A stretch of DNA of 63,224 nucleotides, filler included, from Pirum gemmata (Eukaryota): assembly GCA_002812295.1 (NCBI GenBank). It is 13 parts of 13 records of this genome, joined end to end, with 100 filler letters (N's around TTAATTAATTAA, not from the genome) between each part and the next. Parts side by side here need not be neighbours in the genome. Positions count along the whole stretch, not along the records: positions 44,385 to 49,013 come from PDIN01001007.1; positions 49,114 to 53,736 come from PDIN01001008.1; positions 53,837 to 58,479 come from PDIN01001009.1; positions 58,580 to 63,224 come from PDIN01001010.1; 9 more parts are not named here. One strand, 5' to 3'. This document shows positions 48,758-61,499 of the stretch, piece by piece. The stretch's first letter is position 1; each line of letters starts with the position of its first letter. A model generated the notes under the pieces. The model worked only from the letters and a program-made list of their open reading frames with translations. It was not told the origin of the DNA and made no database searches. The position numbers and the translations under genes are program-made.

Positions 48758-51700
48758 CTTTATTCTATTATTATCTAATTTGTTAACTGTTTTTCTAAAA
48801 TTACTATTTATTATTATAATCTATAATTGATTGTTATTTTTTATCCTTATTATTTATATTACACCTCCAGTGCCTAAAATAATAAATGAAATAATTAAAA
48901 ATATAAGTTGAATAATTTAGATCAAAAAAATCAAAACGTAAAAACGAGTAAAAAATAATAATAATGAATAATTACGATCTTTTATACAAAAAAAAAAAAA
49001 AAAAAAAAAAAAANNNNNNNNNNNNNNNNNNNNNNNNNNNNNNNNNNNNNNNNNNNNTTAATTAATTAANNNNNNNNNNNNNNNNNNNNNNNNNNNNNNN
49101 NNNNNNNNNNNNNTACTACTACTACTACTACTACTACTGCTGCTGCTACTGCTGCTGCTGTTGCTGCTGCTACTCCTACTGCGACTTCTGCTGCTGCTAC
49201 TGCTAATCTCCCACTCCTAGTACTACTACCACTACTTCCACCACTTTTACTAATTATGTTAACTATTCCTATTTTAGACCCCCTTCCCTTTGTGTGTGCT
49301 TGTATATTCGTTGATTAAAAATAGTTTTTTCTTTCATCTGTGATTTAGCTATTTTGTCTTGTTTGTTTGTTTTGTTAGATTATTTTGATTTTGCTTTTTA
49401 ATGTTTGCCTTTTTTTTGTATACAAGGCTAATGCCACTCCTGACCTTAAAATGACTGGAGGTCGCTTAAAAAATCTTGTCGAAAATTTGATTGAAGAAAC
49501 TTGCGAAATAGTGTTGGACGAAAAAGTAGAAACAGAGCATTTCACTAAAATTTTCAGTAGAGAAAAAAAACCTTTTTAAGTTAAGCTCGAAACAATTCGT
49601 AGTAGTTCATATCCAAATGGTACTATGATGGCAGAAGTATTATCACTAAAAAGTAATATTTACGCCTTTGTTGGTTTTTGTTAATATTTTGGAATTGCCG
49701 AAAGGACCGATAAAAGTGCTTAATTGTTTTCTTCTTTCCTCATCAATACTCTCTAAAAAGATATTCATTATAGGCTATTATCGTCAATTGGAAGCTGTTA
49801 TAATTAGTATTAGTATGAGCAAGGCTTAAACCTGTATCAACCTGAATTTTTGGAAGAAGAAACTGTTAATTAATTAATACTTCTTTTAAATCAATAGTAT
49901 AAAAAAGTATATCGGTAAAATGTAATTATATCATCATGGTGAGGCATGACATATAGTATATTCCTGTTAGTTTTGTAATGCTCGAGGAGGGGTGACACCC
50001 ACTATGTGTAACTGCTCAAGAGTGGCATTGGTGACGATGATGACAGGGTTTTAGGTCAATGATGGGGCCTCATTTGTTTTGTTTTTTCCTTCAACAGAAA
50101 AAAACCTAAGAAAAAAACAGTTTCAGGTCTCCTTTTTACCTTAAATGGTAGTATGTTTACCTAATATGGTATTTTGGAGGTACTTCATTTTACAAATTCT
50201 CTAATCGCGAAGGAAAAAAGGTACATTGTTTGTGTCATCCCTCCTATGCCTGTCCATCACACTCAGCCCAAAAATAGCAAAACTCCAAAAAGCCCATTTA
50301 TTGTTGTAGTAATTTAGTTTTAATTAATTAAAGGGTTTCTGGGTTGTTTAATTTTCAATTATTTACAAAATTAAAGCTAGTTTGTTATTTCTGAATGAGG
50401 GTGGGAAATTTATTAAAAGTAAATGGAATGTCATCATAAATATATACTCCAATGATAACTGACAATATTTCTTAATTAATTATTATGACTCTTTAATATT
50501 ATGTTTCAAATGTTTTTACGCAATATTTGAAGTTTCCCGTCCCCTATTGTTTGCTGGTTAGGTTCCCATAGTATATTTTATTTTATTTTTTTAATGTTTG
50601 CAACAACACTTGGTATTATTAAGATCACAATCATTAGAATCATAATCATTTGGATAACAAGATTTAGCATTTAAAAATCCAATAGAATTACAACTACTAG
50701 TGGATTGGATAAACTGTGTTGTGAAAAGTACCAAGTTCTTCACATGATTTTGGCACACATTTTTCCAATTTTTTTTTCTTCTTTATTAACAATTATATTA
50801 CGATCACATTGTGCCACAAGGGTTGGATAATACAAGCATTTTTTCCCTAAAGAACAAATTTCCAAGTAAATAACAGGTGGTTTACAATAAGAAGTAGAAA
50901 AAACTTGAAGATTTGTCATATTAATTAACACAACAGATTGTTTATTCGATTCGAAGATTGATTGATCTAACTTTACTGTAAGCTCGGATTCTAGATTCGA
51001 TTGTGAATTTGAAATTATTGAAGACCTTTCCAGATGTATCAGATGACTAAATTGACACTTACTGGTAAATGAGGATTATGAGCATAGCAAATTCATTTGG
51101 ATTGATTTTTTCCGAACCTATTTGGGATTTAGAAGTACAAAAAAAAAAAAAAAGAACGATACTAAGTTACTAACATTTTAATAACACAAAAATGACTGTA
51201 TTTGGTATAGTTGTTTGTTGTGTATTGTTAAAAAAATAAGTGCTTTTCAGTTGCTTTGTCTCAGTATTGCTAGAAACAAAAAAGTACTAAATTGATCATA
51301 TTATGTACTTACCTATTAATCCGACCACCTTCAGTTGGTGCCAAATAAACAACTGGAGTTAACAACGGAAAAGGATAATACTACGTTACCATTACTATCA
51401 TTGTTACCATTAATTAATATTTTATATTATAATATATTGTTTTGAAACAATTGTGGTTTGTGGTATGACAACTGGTTTGTGGTCAAAGAATTTTTGCAAA
51501 AAAAAAAAAAAAAAAAAAAATAAAAAAAAAAAAAAAAAATATAAAAAAAAAAAAAAAAAAAAAAAAATTAAAAAAAACTAATATGATATGATAAAAAACA
51601 AGAACCTCAGGAGGTTCCTGCGGTTCTTCTATCATAAAAAAATAAAATAAAAATTCTGGGAACTTCTGAGAACTTGGTTTTTGTGACAGATGTCATACTA

Positions 51701-53876
51701 TCATACTCTATAATATTCAACAGCAATAATAGCAATTAACAACAAGCAGTTAAAATAATAATACAATAGAAAAACAACCATCCAACAACCATCCAACAAC
51801 CAAAAATCATAAACCAACAACCAACAACCAACAACCAACAACCAACAACCAACAACCAACAACCAACAACCAACAACCAACAACCAACAACCAACAACCA
51901 ACAACCAACAACCAACAACCAACANAATCTTTTTTTTAAAAGCTTTCATTGTAAATGTTGTATAATATTTTAATTTATTTATTTATTTATTTATTTATTT
52001 ATTAAAAAATATTAAAAAATATATCATAAAACTTTAAAAATGGAAAATTTAATATATATAATAATTATTATGATAGTAGTATCACGTGTTTTTCAATAAT
52101 TTTGTCCAGTTCAAAAACTAAAATAAAAAATACCAAATTATTATTATCAGACATGTTTTAATTAATTTGGTATTTTATACTTAATGTTGTATTTTATAAA
52201 CAAGTTCAATTATACACTTAAACAGTACCAAATTAAAGATTGCGAAGACAATTGCAATAAAATAGACGATATATAGTCAAGAATAAATTTTAAAATAACC
52301 AAACCTTCAATATGGAATTATAGATGTAAATCTGATGATCAAATGATAGACATGTCATACCAAAAAAAGATTATGTTATGAGTAAAACAGAGCGGAGGGA
52401 GTGTAAGTTTACTGTGTAAGCCTGTAAGGGGCCGTGCAAATAATACGTCACGTCAAGGGGTAGGTAGGTAGGGGGTATTTGAAGCTGTATTTGACCGGAA
52501 ATTGGCGTTCGTTACGTAGTACTTGAACGCTCCCTAGAAGCTAGAGCTATAATAGTAGACTCAGCTGTGCATTTGTGCAATGCAACGCTGTGAGGCATCT
52601 GCTGAGAAAGCATCTTCGATTTTAGCCTAGTCGATTTTAGAGAAATAAAAGTAAAATAAATTTATTTTTGGGGATTTTTTCGAATTTTCAACTCTTATTC
52701 TTCATGTTCATTGGATACTATTAGAATCATTCCAAAGTGTTCCAATTGATAAGTACTTTCATTGGTTATTTAAAAGGAAAGTTTTATATTACATCTTAAT
52801 TGGACAAAATGCTTTTCAAGTTTTTACTACTTTTTAGTGTATCTCGCCTGTATCTCGCGTAGTGTATCCAGACTCAAGTGCCTACCCACCAATCAAAGGG
52901 CACTCTGAAAGGGCACTCATCTAAATTCGTTCTTTTTTTATATCATATGATTCATATCAGTCATATTTTTAGTGTAGTACACTGTACATATTATGAATTT
53001 ATGATTGTATATCATTTTTATTATAATATTATAATACAAACAGCTGAATACAAAGACTCAGTACAAAGATTCTGATCTGAGATTCTGATATCGCTATCTT
53101 TTTTTTTTTAAAAAAAAAATGAAAACTCCCGCCGGTACCATATATGGTAAAACATGTTACAAGTTTCTTTTTTTGGTTATAATGTTTACATAAATAGGTA
53201 TATAATTATATTGCTAGTGAAGGATAGCTAGCAGCTAGTAGTCTGATTATCCCTGATATAATAATATTCGATAGTCCGTGACTCCAGCACACAGACTCCA
53301 GCGTACTACCTTTTTTTTTTCAGAGTCATTTGGATACCAGATTTGGGTGTAGACCGGGTCTATGGTGCAAACAATTTTTTTTCAAAAAAAAAAAAGGCCC
53401 AACTTTTTTTTATATTCGAACGAAAATTTCAAACCTATTAAATACCTATTACATTACTTTTATTCGAAACTAAAAATTCTAGTGAAACACTAGTCCAGTG
53501 AAGCCCAAAAGTCAGTATATATCATAATAATGATATTAGTATAATATACAGTAATATAATTATATGTACCAAACAAAGACCCTTTTTTCTTGGGGTCTAA
53601 TTAATACAATATAAATCCATTTTATTTAATTTCGTATATTTTATTATCTACTTATTCATTTAAAAAAGTCAATTTAAATATCATAACCAACCGAATAAAT
53701 ATTTGGAGTGAGAAAATAAATGAAGAAAAGCCTTTCNNNNNNNNNNNNNNNNNNNNNNNNNNNNNNNNNNNNNNNNNNNNTTAATTAATTAANNNNNNNN
53801 NNNNNNNNNNNNNNNNNNNNNNNNNNNNNNNNNNNNAATATAATATATAATGATATATAATAATAACAATAATAAC

Positions 53877-53912
<36 letters not shown>

Positions 53913-54066
53913 TACTAATACTAATAAATAATAAATAATAAAATAGTAATAAATAATGGTAATACCAATAGCAATATTAATAGTAATAATGACTATTGTT
54001 TTTTTTTTTGATTGTTTTTTATAATGTATAAAAGCATAATTAAAAATTAATTACAATAGAAATTTT

Positions 54067-56403
54067 TCAACAAGTCCGAATACGCAGCGTAGGAGTTGTT
54101 ATAAAAGTGGTAAACAAACCATTACATTTAGTTGGATCAGGTTCGTAAGAACCTACATCACATTTAGCAATTATATCTGTTTTACCAACATCAACCTTTT
54201 CACCCATACGTTTTTCCTTGTAAATCACCCATTTATGGGCCGTAAAATCGAAACTTAAAATAAAACCATTTATATTTTCATATAACATTGCCTGTCCCCA
54301 AATGTGCTCTCTTGCGCTATATCTTCCATTTATTGCGCGCAATGCAAAACCTCCACCTTCAATACAAACCCATGTTGAAACGAAACTTGTAGCCATGCGG
54401 ATTGGCAAGATGATTGGATCATTGTGATCCGGAATTTCACAACTGTGTCCTCGAAACCCACTTTGACAAACACATCGATAATAATAATTACTCCAAGACC
54501 CAAACTTGCATCTTAAATCATTACTTAATTGGAATTGTTCCCCACAAATGGTTTCAAACTTAGGACAACGAAAGAAAAGTGATTTAACACCGATTTTTTC
54601 AACGAAAACATCTCTTATACCTCCCTTTTGACATACAAACTCTTTGTTTTCATAGTCAACTATAAGTTTATCACCCAAACATTTCATTTTAGCACAGGCC
54701 CCACTATGTTGTGAAGCTGTTGCAATGCCTCTGTAGTTAGTGAAAGTATTGATGCATCTTGTACCTGGTCCACAAACACTTTCATCGAAATTTATGGCAT
54801 CCTCAACATGAATGTTTTTACAAAATTTTCCAAAACTAACACCATTAACATAGCGATGGTCATAAGAACAGACATTTTCACCTAAAGAAATCATAGGCCA
54901 TGTATTTTGATCTAAATTATAACCTACATTATCTTCCCGACCGCAATTCGCATCCAAACTACAGCCTGCTCCTTTGCCATATCGAAAATTTCCTGCCTGG
55001 GCCATTTCTACTTTATACCAACCACTATCTTGTAAAAATGCTAACGTAAATCCGGTTAAATAATGAATTTGATGAGCCAAAGAACCTGTCATCAAGGCGG
55101 AGTTCGTGTAATCTTGGTCCCAATGAGAACCTGCTGTTCCACTTCCACCCTTGCTTTCCAAGGGCATACCAAAAGGGAAATCTGGGCAATTGTAAAAAGA
55201 ATTCATTAATTCTACCACGTTTTTTGTTCTAACGTAATTTATACCTCTTACGTGGAGTCTAATTAAGTCGATGTTAAGTTTTTCACCTGTCACTGAGTCA
55301 GAAAAATGTTCCATGTTGATCCCACTAAAACCGACTGCATGGAGAAGCTCGTGTAACAAAACGTCATTTTTCAACGAATAGGAATTAATGGAACTGAAAA
55401 ATTTTCTAGGACATACGTTAATGGCAGTTTGGATTGGTCTTCCAAATTGATCCCGAGTACAAGTTGTAGCAAAAGCAATAGTAGAACTATCACAGTTAGT
55501 TTCAGAAGCTGAAACGTACAAAATCATATCAGCGTCTTCAAATCCCAAAGGAATATTATCATTGCCGTCTCTAATAATGTTTTGTTTGTTATCATAAAAC
55601 ATATTAACGGTGTGCTCCCGTGGTATTGGCACATTGCCACAAACATCATAAACGGATCCTGGTTTATGCACACAATTTAAACCACCATTTTCATTACGGA
55701 AACCTTTCACGCAATTTTGTTCTACGTACAAAGGATTAGACACAGGTTTTACTTTTAGCAATTTTTCCAGAAAACGAATAGCTGAACTTATATACCGTTT
55801 TACTGTAAAAGCAATCTCTGGACTTGTAGTTTTTTCTAAATGAGCCCAGTAAGGTTTAATTCTAATAGGTTTATAAATGTGCGTTTCATATATTGCTCGT
55901 CTTTTTCTGCGATTAACACTATCCTCTTCCTCTTCCTCAATACCACTTTCATTTTCCAAACTATCAAACACGTTACGACCTCTAGTGTCATTAGGATAAA
56001 ATTTGTATGTACTGAACTCTGGTTGCTGTTCCTGTGCTTTTTCATACCCACACCCATTGTGATCGTGGTCGTGATGGTGGTGGTAATTTTCTTGATCAGC
56101 AACATTATCAACACCATCAACATCATTATTGCTATCTCTACGTTTATGGTTAGCCTCCCTTCGACTTAATAATATATGTGTATCTTCATGTTCGTAACTA
56201 TCAACATGTTCATTGTTATTCTCTGTTAATTGTTTTAACTTCTGAATTTGATACAAGTGTTTTAATTGAGTTCGAGACAATTGGCGTTCAAAAATTGGAG
56301 GTTGCTTTGCGTTTACGGATTTTAATGCGTTAACTTTCTCGTCACAAACATGTTGTAAAATGTAGAAAACAAACAGAAACTTATCAGCAGATGGAAACAG
56401 CAT
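54067..56403 (-). CDS. Leishmanolysin/invadolysin-like zinc metallopeptidase (M8) with EGF-like domain
   Basis: HELLHAVGF zinc motif, GGSGTAGSHWD third ligand, LMTG Met-turn, LQDSGWY. Propeptide has HNGCG (Cys-switch-like) and an RRKRR site. CVCQSGFRGHSC is EGF-like. Single exon. Confidence 0.92.
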   Translation of the reverse strand: MLFPSADKFLFVFYILQHVCDEKVNALKSVNAKQPPIFERQLSRTQLKHLYQIQKLKQLTENNNEHVDSYEHEDTHILLSRREANHKRRDSNNDVDGVDNVADQENYHHHHDHDHNGCGYEKAQEQQPEFSTYKFYPNDTRGRNVFDSLENESGIEEEEEDSVNRRKRRAIYETHIYKPIRIKPYWAHLEKTTSPEIAFTVKRYISSAIRFLEKLLKVKPVSNPLYVEQNCVKGFRNENGGLNCVHKPGSVYDVCGNVPIPREHTVNMFYDNKQNIIRDGNDNIPLGFEDADMILYVSASETNCDSSTIAFATTCTRDQFGRPIQTAINVCPRKFFSSINSYSLKNDVLLHELLHAVGFSGINMEHFSDSVTGEKLNIDLIRLHVRGINYVRTKNVVELMNSFYNCPDFPFGMPLESKGGSGTAGSHWDQDYTNSALMTGSLAHQIHYLTGFTLAFLQDSGWYKVEMAQAGNFRYGKGAGCSLDANCGREDNVGYNLDQNTWPMISLGENVCSYDHRYVNGVSFGKFCKNIHVEDAINFDESVCGPGTRCINTFTNYRGIATASQHSGACAKMKCLGDKLIVDYENKEFVCQKGGIRDVFVEKIGVKSLFFRCPKFETICGEQFQLSNDLRCKFGSWSNYYYRCVCQSGFRGHSCEIPDHNDPIILPIRMATSFVSTWVCIEGGGFALRAINGRYSAREHIWGQAMLYENINGFILSFDFTAHKWVIYKEKRMGEKVDVGKTDIIAKCDVGSYEPDPTKCNGLFTTFITTPTLRIRTC

Positions 56404-56595
56404 GCTTCCAAAAAATTAAACAATATATCAACAGAATAATAATAATAATAATAATAATAATGACGATGATTAAAAACTATAATTACTGGTTAATTAACAG
56501 TTATGTATATATATTATGTAGTTATGTATAAATGTTACTAAACAAATAATAATAATAATAGTAATAATAGTACTAGTAATAATAATAATAATGAC

Positions 56596-56630
<35 letters not shown>

Positions 56631-56739
56631 GAATGATAATAACAATAATAATAATAATGATAATGATAACGATAATGGTGATAACAATAAGGAAAAGTAT
56701 AGGAAAACAGAAACTACAAATAAATACAAATTTAAAAAT

Positions 56740-57723
56740 GAAAATTTTATGTTTGACTGGGTAAGAGTCTTAATCATGCTAATAAAGAAATAAATCTTAA
56801 GCATAACAGAACAAAAGCAACAAGAACGATCAGTAATGCAATTAGCAATTCCTATATAGAGTATGAAAATATGGATCTGCCACACAATTATTGGACTTAT
56901 TATTATGAGAAATTACTAAATTTTGAAAACGATTATAAAGGTACCCCCCAGGAGTCCCCCAGGACTGGTTAAAAGATGTAATAGACAACTTCCCAATCAA
57001 AGAAAAGAACAAAATACGGATAAAAATAACAAAATTGGTATAAGCGAAGAAAATTTTAAAATAATAGAATCAGTATATTTTTACCATAGCGTTAAATGGT
57101 CGTTTAATAACAAGGATAATCATGAAATTACATATTATAATAATAACGAAATAACAACAGTTAAAAAATTAACCAAAATGGAAAATTATACATATTTTCA
57201 TAATAGATTTGATAGATTTTTCTTATCAGAAAATATCAAATTAACTTATAATAAAAACTTAAGATTAAATACTGCTAATGAAAATAGGATAATGGTATCC
57301 TGGGATGTACAAGATGTGCAAAAAGGGAAGAATATGATACAAAACGAAAAGAAAAAATAGGACATCAGAAAGAACAAATAAGAGAAGTTAGTATTAAAAT
57401 TTTACACAGATCTATAGAACCTGTTTTTGTTCCATATAGTTGTGGTAAAAATTTTGAAAGAGGAGAAAAAGAAAAGAAATTTCAAAAAAAAATTTAAGTA
57501 TAATAATTTTCAAAGTTTATGGGAAAAATGTACTAGAGAGTTATCAATCAATTGTGAATTTAATGAAAAAAACATTTGTTTTGGTAGTCAAGATTATGAC
57601 ACAAAAAAATTTAAGAATATCTATAATAACATCTTACTTTTTTATATAATATATTACGAAAACAAGAAGAAAAATATGAATAGTGACATTAACAAATCAT
57701 GTAATTTATATAAGAATTTTTAA
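56740..57723 (+). pseudogene. Possible highly decayed L1/Tx1-like retrotransposon 3' region
   Basis: Broken AT-rich ORFs with weak echoes of post-RT motifs (LAIP, a CxxC in an alternate frame, SLW...ICFG). Resemblance only. Confidence 0.25.
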
Positions 57724-58896
57724 ATCAACGTAAAAAGAATATGTAAGCTTTTTATGATTTTTTTCTAAAAAAATCGAATCCGAGGTCTTTTTTACCTCTG
57801 TCGATTTATTAATTTATTAATAAATTTTATTTAACAAAAAAAAAAGAAAATTACAACAAATATGAATAGAATCTGTTTTGGCAATAGGGAACTAAATTAG
57901 AAAGAGTTAAAAATCTCGGTAAATATACAAAATTACATTTTATGATGAAAGTGTAAAAAATAGGATGATATCAATGATGATGTTATAGACGAAATTTGCA
58001 GTTCATATACAAATACTTGAGTGTTATAATTTATTTATGCAATAATAGCAATAACCATTTTTTTACGGCTTTTTGTATGTAAAAATCGAAGATTGAGGAT
58101 TTTTTTTTGTAACCTCCTTCGATTTATTAATTTGTAATTAATAAATCTTTCTTGAAAAAAAAAAAAAAAAAAAAAAAGTATCTCTATGCCTATGGGTCAT
58201 GTGACTTTGCGTTCATTAAGAAAAATGAATAAATAAAAAATAGAAGCTCATCTAGAGCATAAAACAGGCCAACTTTGTTATCGAAGTTCTTCATAGCATC
58301 ATTATTGAACATTCTATAAGCATTTATATTTTGAGGCGAGATTGTAACTTTAAGCACACAAAAACCAAACTGAAGCCACGGAATGTAAATTTAGACTATC
58401 CAGACTATTTTACTAAATAAAATAAATAAAAAATAAATATAATAAATATAATAAATAAAATAAATAAAATAAATAAAATNNNNNNNNNNNNNNNNNNNNN
58501 NNNNNNNNNNNNNNNNNNNNNNNTTAATTAATTAANNNNNNNNNNNNNNNNNNNNNNNNNNNNNNNNNNNNNNNNNNNNCAAGTGCCATGGAAGCCTATT
58601 TCTTTATGGTCTAGCTATCATAGGGAAAAACATACGTATACCCCTAATCAGCAGTAGTAGTAGTAGTAACGATGAACTTTTTCTTTCTTTCTTTCCTTTC
58701 CTTTTTTTTTTTTTTTTTTTGAAAAGTGTATAAAAAGGATAAAAAGTAAACTTTCTAAAAAATCCAAAAATTCTCTCAAATATAAATGAAAAATAATATT
58801 TAATTTAATAATAATAATAAAACAAACAAATTTTTTTTTTAATACACAAACAAACAAACAAACAAACTAACATACAAACAAGCAAAAACAAAAAAA

Positions 58897-60182
58897 ATGA
58901 TGTTGCTTGTCACTTCTTTGTTATTTTGTGCTCACCTGGTTAATGCAGGAATTTCATGTGGCGGTTTCTGCCAGATTTCTTTTGGGTCTAGTAGTAGTAG
59001 TAGTAGTAGTAGTAATCCTAAGCCTGTAGCTCCCGCCAAACCTAAACCTAAAGTCGTAATTCCACAAGAAACCTTTGTACAAGACGGGAATAACTGTATT
59101 GATCCTTTGATATGGGGTGTCAATTCTGCTGATGATGTTTTTTATTACGATTTTGCATATTCAAAAACAACTGCCAGTACTAAATGGCAATATTATCCAT
59201 ATTTGGCAACCAGTGGACCTGTAAATATGAAAAATGTGGCTGGTGGTGGTGGTGAAGTGTGGGCTACCGATAGTGCTGATGAAGTTTATAAATTGAAAGT
59301 TGATCAGAGTGGTTATCCTATATCTGCATTTCAAAAACAACCAGGTACTTTTAAACAGATTGATGTTGGTTGTGATGGAGAAGTTTGGGTATTAGCAGTG
59401 ATATGAATTCTGCCAACGTTGTTCATCGGTACAATAAGCTTTCTGATGTATGGGAATCTGTAGGTGATATTGCTGATCAAATTTCTGTTGGTAATGCTAA
59501 TCACATTTGGATTACTGACCAAGGAAGACTTTTCAAATGGAATTCCGAATCATCTTCTTTTGTTTTAACATTCCAAAGCACCAATGATGCGAAACAAGTC
59601 GACGTCGGTTGTGATGGTGAAGTATGGACTGTTTCCCAAAACGGAGATGTTTATAGATTAAATCAAAAAAATAATCAATTGGAAAAGATGGTAGCCTTGG
59701 TAGGAAATTCCGTGAAATATCTTTCTGTTGGCAAAAAGGGGCAGGTTTGGTGCTTAGACAGTTCTGATAACGTTTATTACTGGAGTGATAAAATTGATGG
59801 ATGGTCAGTGTTGGAACATTCACATCTAAAACAAATTGACGTATCAATTCATTGCACTTCCAATAGTTTAATTTCTTCGTTGAGTAGAAATAAAAATGGC
59901 AATAATTCGAATATTAATACAAACATTAATACAAAATTTAATACTAGCAAAAGTTCGAATAATAGAAATAACAATGGCAATAATTCGAATATTAATACAA
60001 ACATTAATACAAAATTTAGTACTAGCAACAGTTCGAATAATAGAAATAACAATGGCAATAATTCGAATATTAATACAAAATTTAATACTAGCAACAGTTC
60101 GAATAATATTTCGAATGCAAATTGTAGTGCAGTCAATTACTTTATGATTATGTTTTCGTTTGCAATGTTTATTTTGAATTAA
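58897..60182 (+). CDS. Tectonin-type beta-propeller lectin-like secreted protein with one frameshift
   Basis: Signal peptide, then repeated blades (KQIDVGCDGEVW, QISVGNANHIW, KQVDVGCDGEVW, YLSVGKKGQVW), an Asn/Ser-rich repeat stalk and a hydrophobic C-terminus. The two ORFs join if one G is added at 59387-59389. Confidence 0.75.
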
Positions 60183-61499
60183 TTTTTATTTTGCTAATTC
60201 AAAAGAAACACTAAAATTACTATTTATTTTGTGGGTTTCGTTTCTGAGAATTATGCAGATTGTACTCTAATCTATCAAGAGTGAATAGGAGACTATCAAG
60301 TGTGAAGGGAGGGATAGTGGTAAAAGATTGGTAAAGTAATGGAAGCGTAATCAAGAGTGAGTAGAAGACTATCAAGTGTGAACGGAGGGATAGTGGTAAA
60401 AGACTGGTAAAGTAATGGAAGCGTAATAAATTCCTAATAAAATACTTGTTTGCTTAATTTGGAAATATCCCTACATTTGTAAAAAAAATCCCATAAAATT
60501 TTTTTAAAAAATAATACATTTTTTAGAAAAAAACAGTCTTTTAAAAAAAAAACCCCTATTTTTTCAATTTAGTCACTATGTTTGTGAAATAAAACACCAA
60601 ACTTGATTTAAATACCAAAAAATAGAGATTGGATTACCAAATGTAGAGAAAGGATATGATATTATATCGAAAAAAAAGAGAAATGTATGTATTTTTGTGT
60701 TTTATGAATTTATACTTTTTATTTACAACATTTTAGACTTTTATAAATTTATATGCTCTTCTCCTCATACACACATAAGCTTTACACTCTGCTTATATAC
60801 CTTTCTGAAAACTAACTATTACATAATCCACAATGTTCTGGCTTTCCTTCTAATCATGAACCATAACTTTATATGCTTAAACCACATTCATTACTGTCAT
60901 TATATCACCATAATGATCTCTTAACACTATATAGAACTAAATTCTATCTCAACCCACATAACTAAGCATTATAACGTTTAATATATACCAGCTACGTCCT
61001 ATGGAGCCCTCCCAGTCTACCTCATGTTGTTTTGTATAGCACAACATTCAGTCAATTCACCAACTTTCATCAATTAGTAAAGTATATTAAATTATTGTTA
61101 TTAGTTTCAGCTATAAGTAAGGGAGAATGTCGTGGCAATGATAATAATTATTTATTTTTAGTTATAAGTTAAAATATTCATCCATGTCCACATTTTCCCA
61201 TTCAGCTTCCCATTCATTTTCCCCTTCCCAATCACCAAAATCTTGAAAGAAATCATCAGCATTAATGTCTTGTAAGTAGGTATCAGATTCTTATGGAAAT
61301 ACTGTTGCTTCAAGTTTTTCTTTTTTTTTTCTTTTTTTCCTTTACACGTACTTCTTTTGTAGAAGAAACGGTGGGCGTTTGTATGGAATTTTAGCAAGTT
61401 TACTAACTTTACTGCCTTTTAAATTATCATGTAAGCGAGATGGCTTAAAAAATAAGAGTTTTAATTAATCAACTTTTTATCGGCTTCACCCGGGAAAGC

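Noticed and set aside
49426..51080. Coding-like patches at 49426-49660 (+) and 50590-51080 (-)
   Set aside because: They are interrupted by stops and frameshifts with no recognisable family. They may be pseudogene fragments but cannot be called.
59388..59398. Micro-intron (GTATTAG or GTATTAGCAG) rescuing the tectonin frameshift
   Set aside because: Removing either leads to an in-frame TGA and does not reach the downstream frame.
60272..60427. Tandem duplication of about 76 bp (also 3652-3748, 13255-13480, 28250-28440)
   Set aside because: These are ordinary local duplications with no further structure.
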